Shown here: positions 23,901 through 35,140 of the stretch, piece by piece
Numbering within the stretch: position 1 is the first letter of the stretch
Layout of the letters: each line of letters begins with the position of its first letter
Assembly: GCF_018977255.1 (NCBI RefSeq)
Contig: NW_024704743.1
Coordinates: forward strand, 109,680,001 to 109,744,000
DNA length: 64,000 nucleotides
Direction of reading: 5' to 3'
Source: Callorhinchus milii
Lineage: Eukaryota
Notes under the pieces: generated by a model
Databases searched by the model: none
Seen by the model: only the letters and a program-made list of their open reading frames with translations
Told to the model about the DNA's origin: nothing
Translations under genes and position numbers: made by a program

Positions 23901-24496
23901 CAGGAGGGAAAGGTTCTCAGTAAATGCAAAGTTTATCAATGAGACCTCGAGGTGCAGACTGTCCTCGATTTTAAGTAGAGCAGTCCTACCTGGGCAATCT
24001 ACCACCTAACACGGCAATAATAGGATGTACTTCAGCTTGTGTTATCTTCTATTATGTGCACAGCTGGAGGTCATGGAAGCTGGAGTCTTGTCTTTTTGAC
24101 AGGAGTATTCTTTTGCCTGCGGTGAGCCAAATGGCAAATAGCACAAGGCAGCACCTCTCCTGAGATCAAATTCGGTAACTTGATACAAATAGGTTTCACT
24201 GCAGGTTTTATCTGACTGCAAGCTACAAAGGAAACCCTGCACTGTATTATTACATTCTATTAATATCACACTTCAGATATTATTATTGAAATGTAGATTT
24301 TTTTTCATATTCCATCAATCAACATGAATCCTTGCGATCAGGAAGAGATATTTAACGCATCTGGGCCAAATTATGAGAATGGCTCAGAATTATGAGGAAA
24401 TTTGTCTCGACTTTTGCATCAGTGCAGTACTGGGGGAATCATTGCATTGCTGTAAGTGCCGTCCTTCGGCTGGGACGTAAAAATTAGATCATATCT

Positions 24497-24814
24497 AATA
24501 ATAATAATCCTTGCATTTGATATAGTGCTTGCTTTTCACGTCTTCTAGACGTCTCAAAGCGCTTCACAGAATATACTGTAAGGTGAATCGACTATATATT
24601 TGTGGGAGAAACCTGGCAGCCAATTGCGCACAGCAGTGTCCCACAAACAGTCGTGGATTGAAGTGACCAATTTATTACTGTTCTTTTTCTTGAGGGATTA
24701 TTATCAGCCATGTGGATTAAGGAAACTTGCCCAAGGTTTTGCCCTGCCGGGATTCGAACCCAGGTCTCTCGCTTGTGAGGCGAGTGCTCTAACCACTGAG
24801 CTACAGGACTCCAC
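24497..24814 (-). mobile_element. SINE family A, short variant
   Basis: Head folds as a near-complete cloverleaf (B-box GTTCGAATCC); tail loop variant ACGTC-TAGAA-GACGT. Confidence 0.93.
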
Positions 24815-24884
24815 ATCTGCTTGTTTGGATGGACTTTAAAGATCTCGTAATTCTATTCAACCAAGCGAGTTTCTCCCAAGTACA

Positions 24885-25119
24885 GGATTTAAGCAGGATT
24901 CCTTGTTAAAAAGCATGAAATGAGAAATTAAAAACTATTTGTTCTGATTGAATACAGACTGTGCTTGCGGTGCGAGGAAACTTTTTTTCCCACCCTTCGC
25001 ATTCACTCTACAGCTGAAAACCTATAAACAATCTGTTAGAGTCTCCGCAATGATGACATTGAAGTTCTTCTCCAGAGCATCAAGCTGCTCAGAATGACCA
25101 GAAAAAAAGGCATTGAGAG
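24885..25119. repeat. Left arm of an inverted repeat of about 235 bp
   Basis: Reverse complement matches 25618-25833 plus 26544-26565. Confidence 0.92.
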
Positions 25120-25617
25120 GCCTTAAACAGGTGTCAGCTCGCTTAGTTGATAGCATTCTTGCCTCTGAGTCAGTAGGCTGAGGAATCAAGCCCTACTTTG
25201 GGATTACATTCATGGATCTGAATGGATTGCAGCAGTCCTTCCATTTGGAAAACTGTCCGAGGTTGAACTGTGTTTAAATTTCCAGACAGATCAAAAGAAG
25301 TATATTATGATCTCTTTTGGAATGTAAATTATAGCTCCCCACAGATCCAACTTGCAGTCTTGTCTGGAAAGGTTACGAGTCACAAACGATAAATCAATAA
25401 CAATTTTGAGTACATTACTGGTGTGGCCAAACCATCTGCTGAGGAATCCTTGGAGACCAAGCAGATCGACCGATAAATTATGTTGCTGTTATTTTATTCT
25501 CTTCCCTGTCAATCAGTCTGGTCCTCCTGATGTTCAAGACGTCCCTCTCAGAAGAACTGCGACTTATATCTAATTGGAGTACTTAAACCCAGCAAAATCC
25601 AATTTGAAGCAAATATG

Positions 25618-26565
25618 CTCTCAAGGCCTTTTTTCCCAGTCATTCTGAGTGGGTTGTTCCTCTGGAAAAGAGCTTCAATGTCATCATCGCGCAGACTCTA
25701 ACAGATTGTTTATAGGTATTCAGCCATAGAGTGAACCTGAAGGGTGGAAAAGGGCGTAAGTTTCCTAAACCGCAAGCACAGTCTGTATTCAATCGGAACA
25801 AATAATTTTTAATTTCTTATTTCATGCTTCTTATTAGTTTACAAAAATTAGTTTGCAGGTGCAACAAGCAACTAAGAAGGCGAAGCATGTTAGCGTTTAT
25901 TGCAAAAGGTTTAGAGTACAAGAGTAGGGAAGTCTTGCTGCAACTGTATAGGGCCCTGGTGAGACCACACCTAGAGTATTGTGTGCAGTTTTGGTCTCCT
26001 TATTTAAAAAAGAACATGCTTGCCCTAGAGGGGGTGCAGCGTAGATTCACTCGGTTAGTTCCTGGGATGAGGGGACTGACCTACGAGAATAGGCTGAATA
26101 AACTAGGGTTGTATTCTCTAGAGTACAGAAGAATTAGGGGAGATCTTATTGAAACATATAAGATTCTTAAAGGGCTGGATAAAGTAGACACTGAGGGTCT
26201 GTTTCCTCTGGTAGGAGAATCTATAACCAGGGGTCACAGTCTTAAAATTAAGGGTCAGTCTATTAGAACAGAGTTGAGGAAACATTTCTTCACTCAGAGG
26301 GCAGTAAATTTATGGAATTCACTACCCCAGAAGGCTGTAGATGCTCAGTCCTTGAACAACTTCAAGTCTGAGACTGATAGATTTTTAAAAAAGACAGGGA
26401 TTAGGGGATATGGGAATAGGGTAGGTAATTAGAGTTAGGTCTGAAAATCAGCCATGATCTTATCAAATGGCGGGGCAGGCTCGAGGGGCCGAATGGCCTA
26501 CTCCTGCTCCTAATTCTTATGTTCCTATGTTCTTATGTTCTTAACAAGGAATTCTGCTTGAATCC
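25618..26565. repeat. Right arm of the inverted repeat, split by a CR1 insertion (25834-26543)
   Basis: Exact runs accgcaagcacagtctgtattcaatc and agactctaacagattgtttatagg are complementary to the left arm; the arm resumes as acaaggaattctgcttgaatcc after the CR1. Confidence 0.9.
25834..26543 (+). mobile_element. CR1 LINE 3' fragment, young
   Basis: ORF 25824-26432: LYRALVRPHLEYCVQFWSP..LEGVQRRFTRL..LGLYSLEYRRIRGDLIETYKI..TRGHSLK..VNLWNSLP. 3' UTR ggccgaatggcctactcctgctcc and (TTCTTATG)-type tail. Confidence 0.96.
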
Positions 26566-27191
26566 GCTTGGGAAGCAAATAGTGTCTGGAGTTCTTGTGT
26601 GTGGTTGTGACGTATATTCTGGTTCTGGGAAAGAAAGAGCCCCTCATTGGGGAGTCTTGGATATGTATGATGAAAGATTCCCCATTAATAAATAATTTGG
26701 ATCAGACCTTGAAGGTGTGATTGTTCTGAATTAGTGACAAGTGACCATCTTCCTTGGTGGGGGAGGAAGGTGAGAAAGTGGGATCTCCTTGGAGCTGAGC
26801 AATGGAATCAAGTCAATATCAAATGCAAGAATCATTATTATTATTATTATTTTATATCAGTTACCCAGCTGACCAAAACAATTCTAAGTAAAAATAAGTT
26901 TAGCAAACATCATAGATGGAATGAGTCTCAGCTGGCAGCTTGATCAGGATAAATGTCTTCAGTAGCTATATTGTTTGTCACATTATACTGTTTGCTAGTG
27001 AAGCCTGTAGGGTTGAAGGCACAAATAGGGCATAGCACAAACTCTTCAGTTACAGTTCCACATTGCTAGAGTCATGGTTAAAATCTCAGCAATGGATGAC
27101 ATTTGAATATGCACCAAAATGCATGATTAGTCCTGTCAGTTCTCATCCTAAGCTGCTGGCCATGTAGAGACACCAAAGAGGGATGTGATAT

Positions 27192-27370
27192 AAACATAGA
27201 AACAGGAGCTGGCCATCGGCCCCTTGAGCCTGTTCTGCCATTCCATTAGATTATGGCTGATCTGTACCAAAACTCCACTTGCCTGCCTTTGTTCCATTCC
27301 CTTGATACCCTAACAAAAGTATATTAAACAAACAGCCATTTGGAAGAGAGAGTTCCTGATTTCCACTACG
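27192..27370 (-). mobile_element. CR1 3' end fragment
   Basis: catagaaacaggag..ggccatcggccccttgagcctgttctgccatt is the reverse complement of the CR1 3' UTR at 26450-26520. Confidence 0.75.
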
Positions 27371-27439
27371 CTTTGTGTGAAAAAAGGTGAATATAATTTC
27401 ACTTAGAAATCTCTCTATCCAGCCACAACAACAACACAT

Positions 27440-27591
27440 ACATAGATAGGGTCTAACGATTAAGAACTCAGAGGAGTAAACTAGATGGGTACAGGTAAAT
27501 GTAATTGGAAGGATTGCTCAGAAAAGAACCAGCACAGACACGATGAGCCAAATAGTCTTTTTCTGTGCTGTAAATTTCTATGGTTCTATGA
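27440..27591 (+). mobile_element. Old CR1 3' end fragment
   Basis: gatgagccaaatagtc..ttctgtgctgtaaatttctatggttctatg tail. Confidence 0.6.
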
Positions 27592-27749
27592 TCTCCCACA
27601 AGGGATGTTTGTCTTGAAGCCCTAGTGCTCACTGGAGCAAAAGGAAAGGAGGGGATGTTTGAGGGTGTCAGCCAAAGGCACAGTCAAAGGGAAAGGTTTT
27701 TAAGGTGTTTCCAGTTTGCCCTTTCCCTGAGATCTGAACTATCCTAGAA

Positions 27750-27980
27750 GGTGGCACAGGGTAAGTATGGTCTCCTTGGAGCTGGGCCAGTTCTAGGGTG
27801 ATGTGCTTGGCAAAGGAATGTTGGAATCAAGTCAACCCTCTATGGTGGTCTCGGCAGTCTAGTTTCTGAGCCAGGCAGATTTGAAGTATTCCAGGGCACT
27901 GCTGATGGGAGCCCAGCCGGCCTGGCTCATTGGCAGGACTTTGAGGGGCGGACAAGTCACTGGGGCAGGGATTTTTCCAA
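27750..27980 (-). mobile_element. Repeat X, distal segment
   Basis: gtcaacc..ggtctcgg..ctgagcca..ccagggcactgctg..gcctggctcat is shared with 42945-43130 and 61820-61920. Confidence 0.65.
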
Positions 27981-28184
27981 CTTGGCTCTTATTCCGCTCA
28001 AGAAAACTGGTCTGCTTCATGTCCCCCATTTGATCAACTCCATAATCGCTGGGTGAGTTTTTAAGCATTCTGCCCCTGCTCTCTTGAATTCCATCTTGGA
28101 GTCGCTCTGCTTTGCCCTAGTCACACTCACACTCCTAGTTGCCCCTCCCCACAATCCCCCACCCCCAGCTTAGGTATTCAGCCA

Positions 28185-28342
28185 AAATGCAAAATACTGC
28201 AGATATTGAAAATCTGAAACCAAAACAAAAGTGGCTGGGAACACTCAGAAGGTCAGGCAGCATCTATGGAGAAAGGAATGCGAGTCAACATTACTGGTCC
28301 ACGACACTCTGTCAGATATTTGAAACAAAAACTGGACATCTG
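28185..28342 (-). mobile_element. Decayed copy of the hammerhead-bearing repeat, flanked by 14-bp direct repeats
   Basis: Homologous to 20936-21072; taggtattcagcca occurs at 28171-28184 and 28343-28356. Confidence 0.72.
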
Positions 28343-30534
28343 TAGGTATTCAGCCAGTTGTGTGAAGCACTTTAAGTTGTCCCCGAGACATGAAATGTAT
28401 CGTGAACACTGCAAGCCAAAGCACTAAAGGATGGTTAGGTCCCAGCTGAACAAGCAGCTGGAGTTCCACATATGTGTGCCGCCTACACATGGAAATTGCC
28501 CTATATCTGGATTGAAATGCGCACTGTCATTCAACCAGCTAAAACCATTGAGAGCACTGGGGTTTGGGCTGGCAGCATTAATACAAGATGAGCTGGAAGA
28601 ATCCCTACACCCAGTACTTTCCAAATCTTGCAGGTGAGCCAGGCTGGCTGGTCCATTATCTCCTGGTTGTTTGTGGGAACTTGCCATTTACAAAAAGATG
28701 TGTTTGCCTTACAAGCCTATAGTCACTACACTTGAAAGTCATTATTCGAAAGCACTTTGAGATGAAGCCACGTGATAAGGTGCTATAAAAGTGCAAGCAA
28801 ATCCCTTCCTTCTTACATAACACTCGTGGTAAGATAAAAAGTTTTCAGATTGATTTATTGGATTTAGCTATATCCCTAGTGCAAAGCGCATTGTTGAGCA
28901 ACCGCTCAATGCCAAAACACAACACAGGGGCCCATTCATGAGGCTCTTCAATGGTCTGTTGCAATTAATACAGAGAATTGTTCTGCTAATGTTCGTTTGC
29001 AGGAGAATTGCTGGAATCTGCAGTTTTCGTAGATCAGCAAAAGCTTTGTGCGGTGGCAGCCTTGAGATGCATTTTGCTTAAAACAAAAAAAGGAACAAAT
29101 GACAAGAGCAGGGTGGTTGTTCTCAGTAATCACATTAATTAAATATTTATTCTTGTGTTTAACATAAATCAAACGCTGGTTCCATTCTGTGCTGTTCAAT
29201 TCCGGCTTTTTTCCATTCTTCTTCTGAAGCACAAAATGCCAACTAACATCAAGAATTTTTTTCTGTTCTATAGGTGTCACCCTTCTACATTCATTTGGTT
29301 CATGAAAGGCTCTTGCAGAGGCCACTGCTCATGTGTTGACAAAAACTCTTTATCAATTGACTGCTTTGAACGCCAGGTACAAAATACCAGGGGTAGTAGC
29401 TTTAGTTGAGTAAATTGTTTCTGTCACATCAGCCAGTTGAAATAGAAGTTCCATAGACCTTCACAACTCTTTAATACACGGATCAAACCCCCCACCACCC
29501 CCAACAACAACTTGCATTTATATAATGCCCTTCACATGGGGTAGCGTCCCAGAACACACACATACACACAAGTGCAGTTTTAGCACTGTACTGCTAGCTT
29601 CACAGTGGATTCTTTCAAATTTACTAAAGAGCAACTTGCTTCCAACCCGCACCAAATCCTCCAGCAAGCAGAGAGTATGAACTCCATCCCAGACAGCCTT
29701 ATACATATAACATAAAACTTTATAGCACAGAGGAAAACAATTGGCCCATCATGGTTCTTTGATAGAGCAATCCGTTTACTTCCGTTTTGCCTACAAAATA
29801 ACAGTCACTACACTTTACAGTATATCCTTTGAAATGCTTTGAAACATCCTCCTGATGTGAAATACATCAAATGCAAGGATTATTGTTATTTTTCCACCAG
29901 TACCCCTGCAATTTTTCCATTTCCTTGTAGTTGTTGTCTTAAATTGCGGGTAGTGGATCCACTTAGAATTGTTAATTAAAAAATCCTGTAAAATTGTGCC
30001 TTCAATATTGTTTATATTGATACATAATTATAATAATAATATTCCTTGCATGTGATATAGCATCTTATCAACTCATTAAAACGTCTCAAAGAGGTGCACA
30101 GAATATATTGTAAAGTGGATTGACTGTATATTTTGTGGGTGAAATTATACTATATTTCATATTTATTCATTTACTCTTTTATATTATTTAAGATATTTCC
30201 ATTCTCAATCATTTTCTTCTAAAATCTATCATTGTGATTCAAAGTGCAATCTTGTATTCTCTACATTCCAGCAAGTTGTTTGATATTCTCCAGAATCACT
30301 CCAAATGCCGATGAAATCAATGTGAATCTTGTATATTATCTCCAGTGGTTTCTACAGTTGAGTAAGAGGTTAAATGGATTGTGTCACTTGAATAATAAGC
30401 TCATCAAAATTAATTTCTGGCGACTCTCAAACTAAGTGAATAATTAACAGTTTAGCATTTAACCTGTGAAGGACTGTTGAACTGTATGCTTAATAGGAGA
30501 TTATACACATAAAGCACTGCTTTTGGAATAAGGC

Positions 30535-30770
30535 TGTGCATCAGACAAAGCCTGGCTCAGTTGGCCGGAATCTGCTCTCTAAATCAAAAGGTTGGGTTCA
30601 AACCCAATGTTGGGACTTGAGCTCATAGTCTAGCCTGGTACACCAGTGTTGTGCAGGGGTGAGGGAGAGATGCATTGCCAGAGGTGCTGTCCTTTACATA
30701 AGATGTTAAACTGAAGTTCCATTGGCCTATTCAAATGGATGTCGAAGAACCTATGACACTGTTCCAAAAA
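30535..30770 (+). mobile_element. SINE family B 5' part
   Basis: gcctggctcagttgg..ggttcaaacccaatgttgggacttgagc..gaggtgctgtccttt. Confidence 0.7.
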
Positions 30771-30864
30771 TATAATACTGAAGCGCTTTGAGATGTTTCA
30801 ACAAGACGCTATACCCAACACAATAATAAGCCTTGGATTCAACTTGGCGACCATAGCAGCGAAA

Positions 30865-31250
30865 TGTCTCAAAGTGCTTGTGGTGGCAAAGTTTAGTGAT
30901 TGTGTATTTGTACACGAGCACAGAAGCCAATTTGCATGTAGCAATATCCCACAACCAGCCATGAACAACAACAACAACTTGCATTTATATCCTTGACCAG
31001 GATAGTGTTTCTGAGCCTGTATGAAGTGAGTGACTTATTCTATCTGGGGGACCATTGGTCAAGACACCAGGAGCAATCCCTTCTATTTTCCAACAGTGTT
31101 TGTGGATCCTTAATGTCCACCTGAACAGGAAAAGGTGACATCAGTCTTGATATCTCATCTGAAACATTGAACTGCAGTGTCAGCCTGAACGCAAGTCCTG
31201 ACTTGGGACTTGACCCTTCTGACCAATGAGGTGCAGTACAACCAACTGAG
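30865..31250 (-). mobile_element. SINE family B, decayed and interrupted
   Basis: Core ttaatgtccacctgaacagg and head accaactgagc. Confidence 0.6.
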
Positions 31251-31994
31251 CTTGCTGAGTATTATTAATATTATTATTATTTTTTCCTCCTGGGTTTAAT
31301 TCCCAACCATTTTCTTTCCAAGCACAATCAAATATCATTGTCAAACCATTGGAGCCAATAGCTCACAGCTAATATGCAAGCGTGTCGTGCGATAAACACT
31401 CCAGCAAATTGCAGACCCAGTCAGTGACCAAGTTGTTTGTCTTCTCTTATAACAGTCATTTGTTTTGAGTCTCAGTCATCTGGAATGTTTCTCAGGAGGA
31501 AACCGCATGGTATTACAGTGAAGCCCTCTTGTCACATCCACTCGCTGTCCTCGCTTTCACGAAAAACTGAAAGTGCTAACAAGAAGCAGCTGCATTCACA
31601 TTGCAGGGAGCAGGCCGTGATCGTTTTCAGAGGAGAAAACATTCTGTTGTCTTCGAAATTCACTCTTGTCTTTTCTGGAGAGACCAGACGAGTCTCCTTC
31701 CAAAGTTATCTTGCTGCCCAAGATGTAAAGTGTGTTGGGGGAGGAGAGGAGTGGGGAGGGTGGGGTGGGGGGGGAGATAATTCTTAATTCAATACATTAA
31801 CAACTTCAAAAATAACCATTCTTTCAGTTGATGTTAAACCAAGACCCCATCTGTCTACCCTTCAGGTAGATGACAAACACCCCCATGGCACTGTCTGAAA
31901 AGAGAAGAAAGTTTCTCGTGGTGTTCTGGCTGGATAAAATTAGTCATTCACTTCATGGCTGTTTTTGGTGAACAAAAACATAGAAAACATGCAG

Positions 31995-32238
31995 CAAGCT
32001 TAGTAGACAGTATTCTCAATGACAAACTATCTGTACATGGTTTTACCTGGTAAACCTCCAGCAGAACCCCAACACATATTCTGGACTCCCTGAGCCTTGC
32101 CAACCTGCTCCTAACACTCTCTGGAATTAGGTAAAAGGGGTGTGTCCCTCCCTTCCATTCCTGATACAGGGAAATACAGATGGCAAAGATATTTGGAACT
32201 CTCAATCTGGTTGAGATACTCTTAAGCCTGGTGATAGG
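31995..32238 (-). mobile_element. Unclassified repeat X
   Basis: gagccttgccaacctgctcctaacactctctggaatt..ggaactctc..gatactcttaagc. Confidence 0.68.
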
Positions 32239-33099
32239 TAGTTTTTAAAAGTTTTTTTTAAAAGAAATTTACAGAAAAAAACAGCTACAACATTTATGGC
32301 TGTATTTAAGAATTTCCCAAATTCTGGATGTTCTGAAATGGTAAATTAGTAGAGTAAATCCAGACCCAGGTGGGATTTTACCCCATGTATGTAGGTGCTA
32401 AATTGTTACAATGGCATCACTGTAGGTGTGTAAATGTGGTATTATCTGCTAATGTATCACTTTAACAAGTGGAAGTGAACCGATTAACCTTTGTTAACAA
32501 GCAACGGTTAGTTTCCATTGGCAGGAGAGAGGGAGAAATGGTGCGCAAAATGGAACGGACACAAAAGTCAAGCTCCAGGGAAGCTGAAACATTTCCTATC
32601 ATTGACAACATGTTAGCTGTAACTGTGAAGGTCACTGCTGTCATGCATTTCTGCATCATTAATTTCTCTCAGGCACTTGAAGGTGATTATCGAGGCGTGT
32701 CTCGGTCAAATCCTGGGTCAGCTATGTCAGCACTATCAATCAGAAGGCTGTGCCCATAACAATCCTTGCAATTGATACGGCACCTTTCATATTGGGGATG
32801 TCAAATATGAAGTGTCAAAACACTTCACAGGATTTACTGTGAAATATGGTAACTGTGTGTTTTGTAGGTGAACTAGCAGATACGATTTGAGATTGTAGTG
32901 TGTAGGCTAGCACTCCAGTGCAGTATGGGGTAGGGGGAGTAGGAAGCTGCAGTGTCAGAGGTGCCTCCTTTGGATCAGACATTATACCTGAGATTCTATC
33001 TGCCCATTCTATTAGGAGAAGAGAAAGGAGTTTCTTTAAGTGTCTTGGCTTTTTCAGATTAGTTGGTTGTTCACCTCGTGGCTATTTGCAGGGCCTCCT

Positions 33100-33400
33100 G
33101 TATCCCATAATGTTATTTCCTAAAAGAAAAATATCTAATCTGTATTTGAAAGAATCAACACTTCCTGCTTCAACTGACTCCCGAGGAAGCTTGTTCCATA
33201 GGTTCACTATTCACTCACTGAAATGGTGTTTGCAGATATTCGTTCTGAATTTCCCCCCCTTCAATCGCAGGCCATGTCCTCTGGTTTTACTATTCTGGAC
33301 ATGTTGAAACAGTCTGTCATGATCTATATTGTATAGCCCCTTTAGAATCTTAAAGACAGCAATCATGTCAACTCTCAATCTTCTCTTTTCCAGTGTGAAC
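33100..33400 (-). mobile_element. CR1 3' fragment (same type as 17577)
   Basis: ORF 33211-33525: LGMFTLEKRRLRVDMIAVFKILKG..KTRGHGLRLKGGKF. Confidence 0.88.
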
Positions 33401-33559
33401 ATGCCCAGACCAGGAATGGAGAGGAACGCTAACAAGTGGAAATTACATAAATAGTTGGGCACGCTGAAACATTTTAAAATAAGGACAGGTCTTTCTATCA
33501 TGTAGATTCTGTTCTTCCGTGTCATGTCCTGCTCTGCCTTCCCCCACTCTGCAACATCG

Positions 33560-34695
33560 CCCGGCTCTGCTACTGTCTCCCACTACATGCTGCCGAGAAA
33601 CTCATACATGCATTCAAACATCCAGACTTCACGATGCAAACTCCCTGCTTGTCAGCCTCCCCAACTCCTCCCTCCAGAGGCTGCAGATCATCCAGAACTC
33701 TGCAGTCCTTGTTCCCTACCGCACCAGGCTCCGTGACCCTATACAACAACAACAACAACTTGGATTTATATAGCGCCCTCCACGCAGGATGGCGTCTCAG
33801 AGCACTTCTCAGTAACGGATCCCGGGGCTGAGCCAGGGGGAGGGGGAGGAAAGTGACCAAAGGCGCGGTCGAAGAGAAAGGTCTTCAGCAGAGACCTGAA
33901 AATAGGAAGAGAGGGGCTGAGGCGAAGGGAGTGAGGAAGAGAATTTCAGAGCCTCAGGGCATAGTGGCTGAAGGCACGGCTGCCGAGGGTGGAGCGGAGG
34001 ACTTGGGGGAACGAGGAGGAGGCCAGACCCGGAGGAACAAAGGCAACGGATACTGTTTTGAGGACAGAGGAGGTCAGAGAGGTCAGGGGTACAGAGGAGT
34101 GGAGGGATTTGAATACAAGGGTGAGAATCTTGAAGTCGATCCTCTCTGGGATAGGCAGCCAGTGCAATCTGGCAAGGACTGGGGTGATCGGGGAGCGGAG
34201 TTTGGTATGGGTGAGAATGCGGGCGGCAGAGTTTTGAAGGACCCCCATCCTCGCCCAACTCCACTGGCTTCCTCACACAAAGTATACAGTTCAAGATACT
34301 GGCCCTCACCTTCAAAGTCCTCCATGGCCTCGCTCCCACCTACCTCTGCAACCTCCTAATCCCCTACCGACCTGCTCGCTCCCTTAGCTCAGCCTGCTTC
34401 ACATCTACTGCCTTGCCCAGCCCACCATCAGCAGACGGGCTTTCTGCCACTCTGCCCCCACCCTCTGGAACTCCATCTTGCAGTCGCTTTGCAGCGCCCC
34501 CCTCCCTTGCCTTCTTCAAAACCCATCTCAAGACCCTCCTCTTCAATCGTGCCTTTGATCACCCTCCTCCCCCCCGCCTCCACCTTCCCTGATCCTGACC
34601 ACTAGCTCGGGTCCGAAACACTGATTGTCCAACGCATTGGGACATCCTCCCAATGTGAAAGGCGCTATACAAATGTAATGTTGTTGTTGTTGTTG
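33560..34695 (+). mobile_element. Older L2 3' fragment split by an antisense L2 (pieces 33560-33743 and 34241-34695)
   Basis: NSLLVSLPNSSLQRLQIIQNSA..RTRLRDPI continues as TPILAQLHWL at 34241; ends with a stem-loop and (TTG)n. Confidence 0.88.
33744..34240 (-). mobile_element. L2 3' fragment inserted antisense within another L2
   Basis: (CAA)n tail at 33744; [42 protein letters not shown]. Confidence 0.9.
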
Positions 34696-34836
34696 TATCC
34701 ACTCAACACAAGATCTGTATCACAGGCACCATTCTGAGAAAAGTAATACTGTGTGTCAGCCTGGCTCAGTCATTAAATAACACTCTCGCCTCTGAGTCAG
34801 AAGGTTGTGAGTTTAAGATCCCGTCAGGGCTTTCAT

Positions 34837-35140
34837 TTAATCTTTGCATTTGAAACAGTGCTTTTCACGTCTTCTAGACCACTCAAAGTGCTTCGCAGAA
34901 TATACTGTAAAGTGAATTAACTGTATATTTGTGGGCCAAACGCGGCAGCCAATTGCACATGGCAGTGTCCCACAAACCGTCATGGATTGAAGTGAACAAT
35001 TTATTTATTTTTTTTTCTTGAGGAATTATTATCAGGCATGTGGAGTAAGAAAACTTGCCCAAGGTTTCGCCCTGCCGGGAATCTAATCCAGGTCTCTCGC
35101 TTGCGAGGCGAGTGGTCTAACCACTGAGCTACAGGACTCC
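34837..35140 (-). mobile_element. SINE family A, short variant
   Basis: Head ending accactgagctacaggactcc; shared body. Confidence 0.9.

Noticed and set aside
24085..24127. Possible 19-nt micro-exon (tttttgacag|gagtattcttttgcctgcg|gtgagc)
   Set aside because: Not a multiple of three, no partner exons identified, and such signal pairs arise by chance in 64 kb
25824..26432. 202-aa ORF as a host gene
   Set aside because: It is the CR1 ORF2 C-terminus; the start codon comes from flanking sequence
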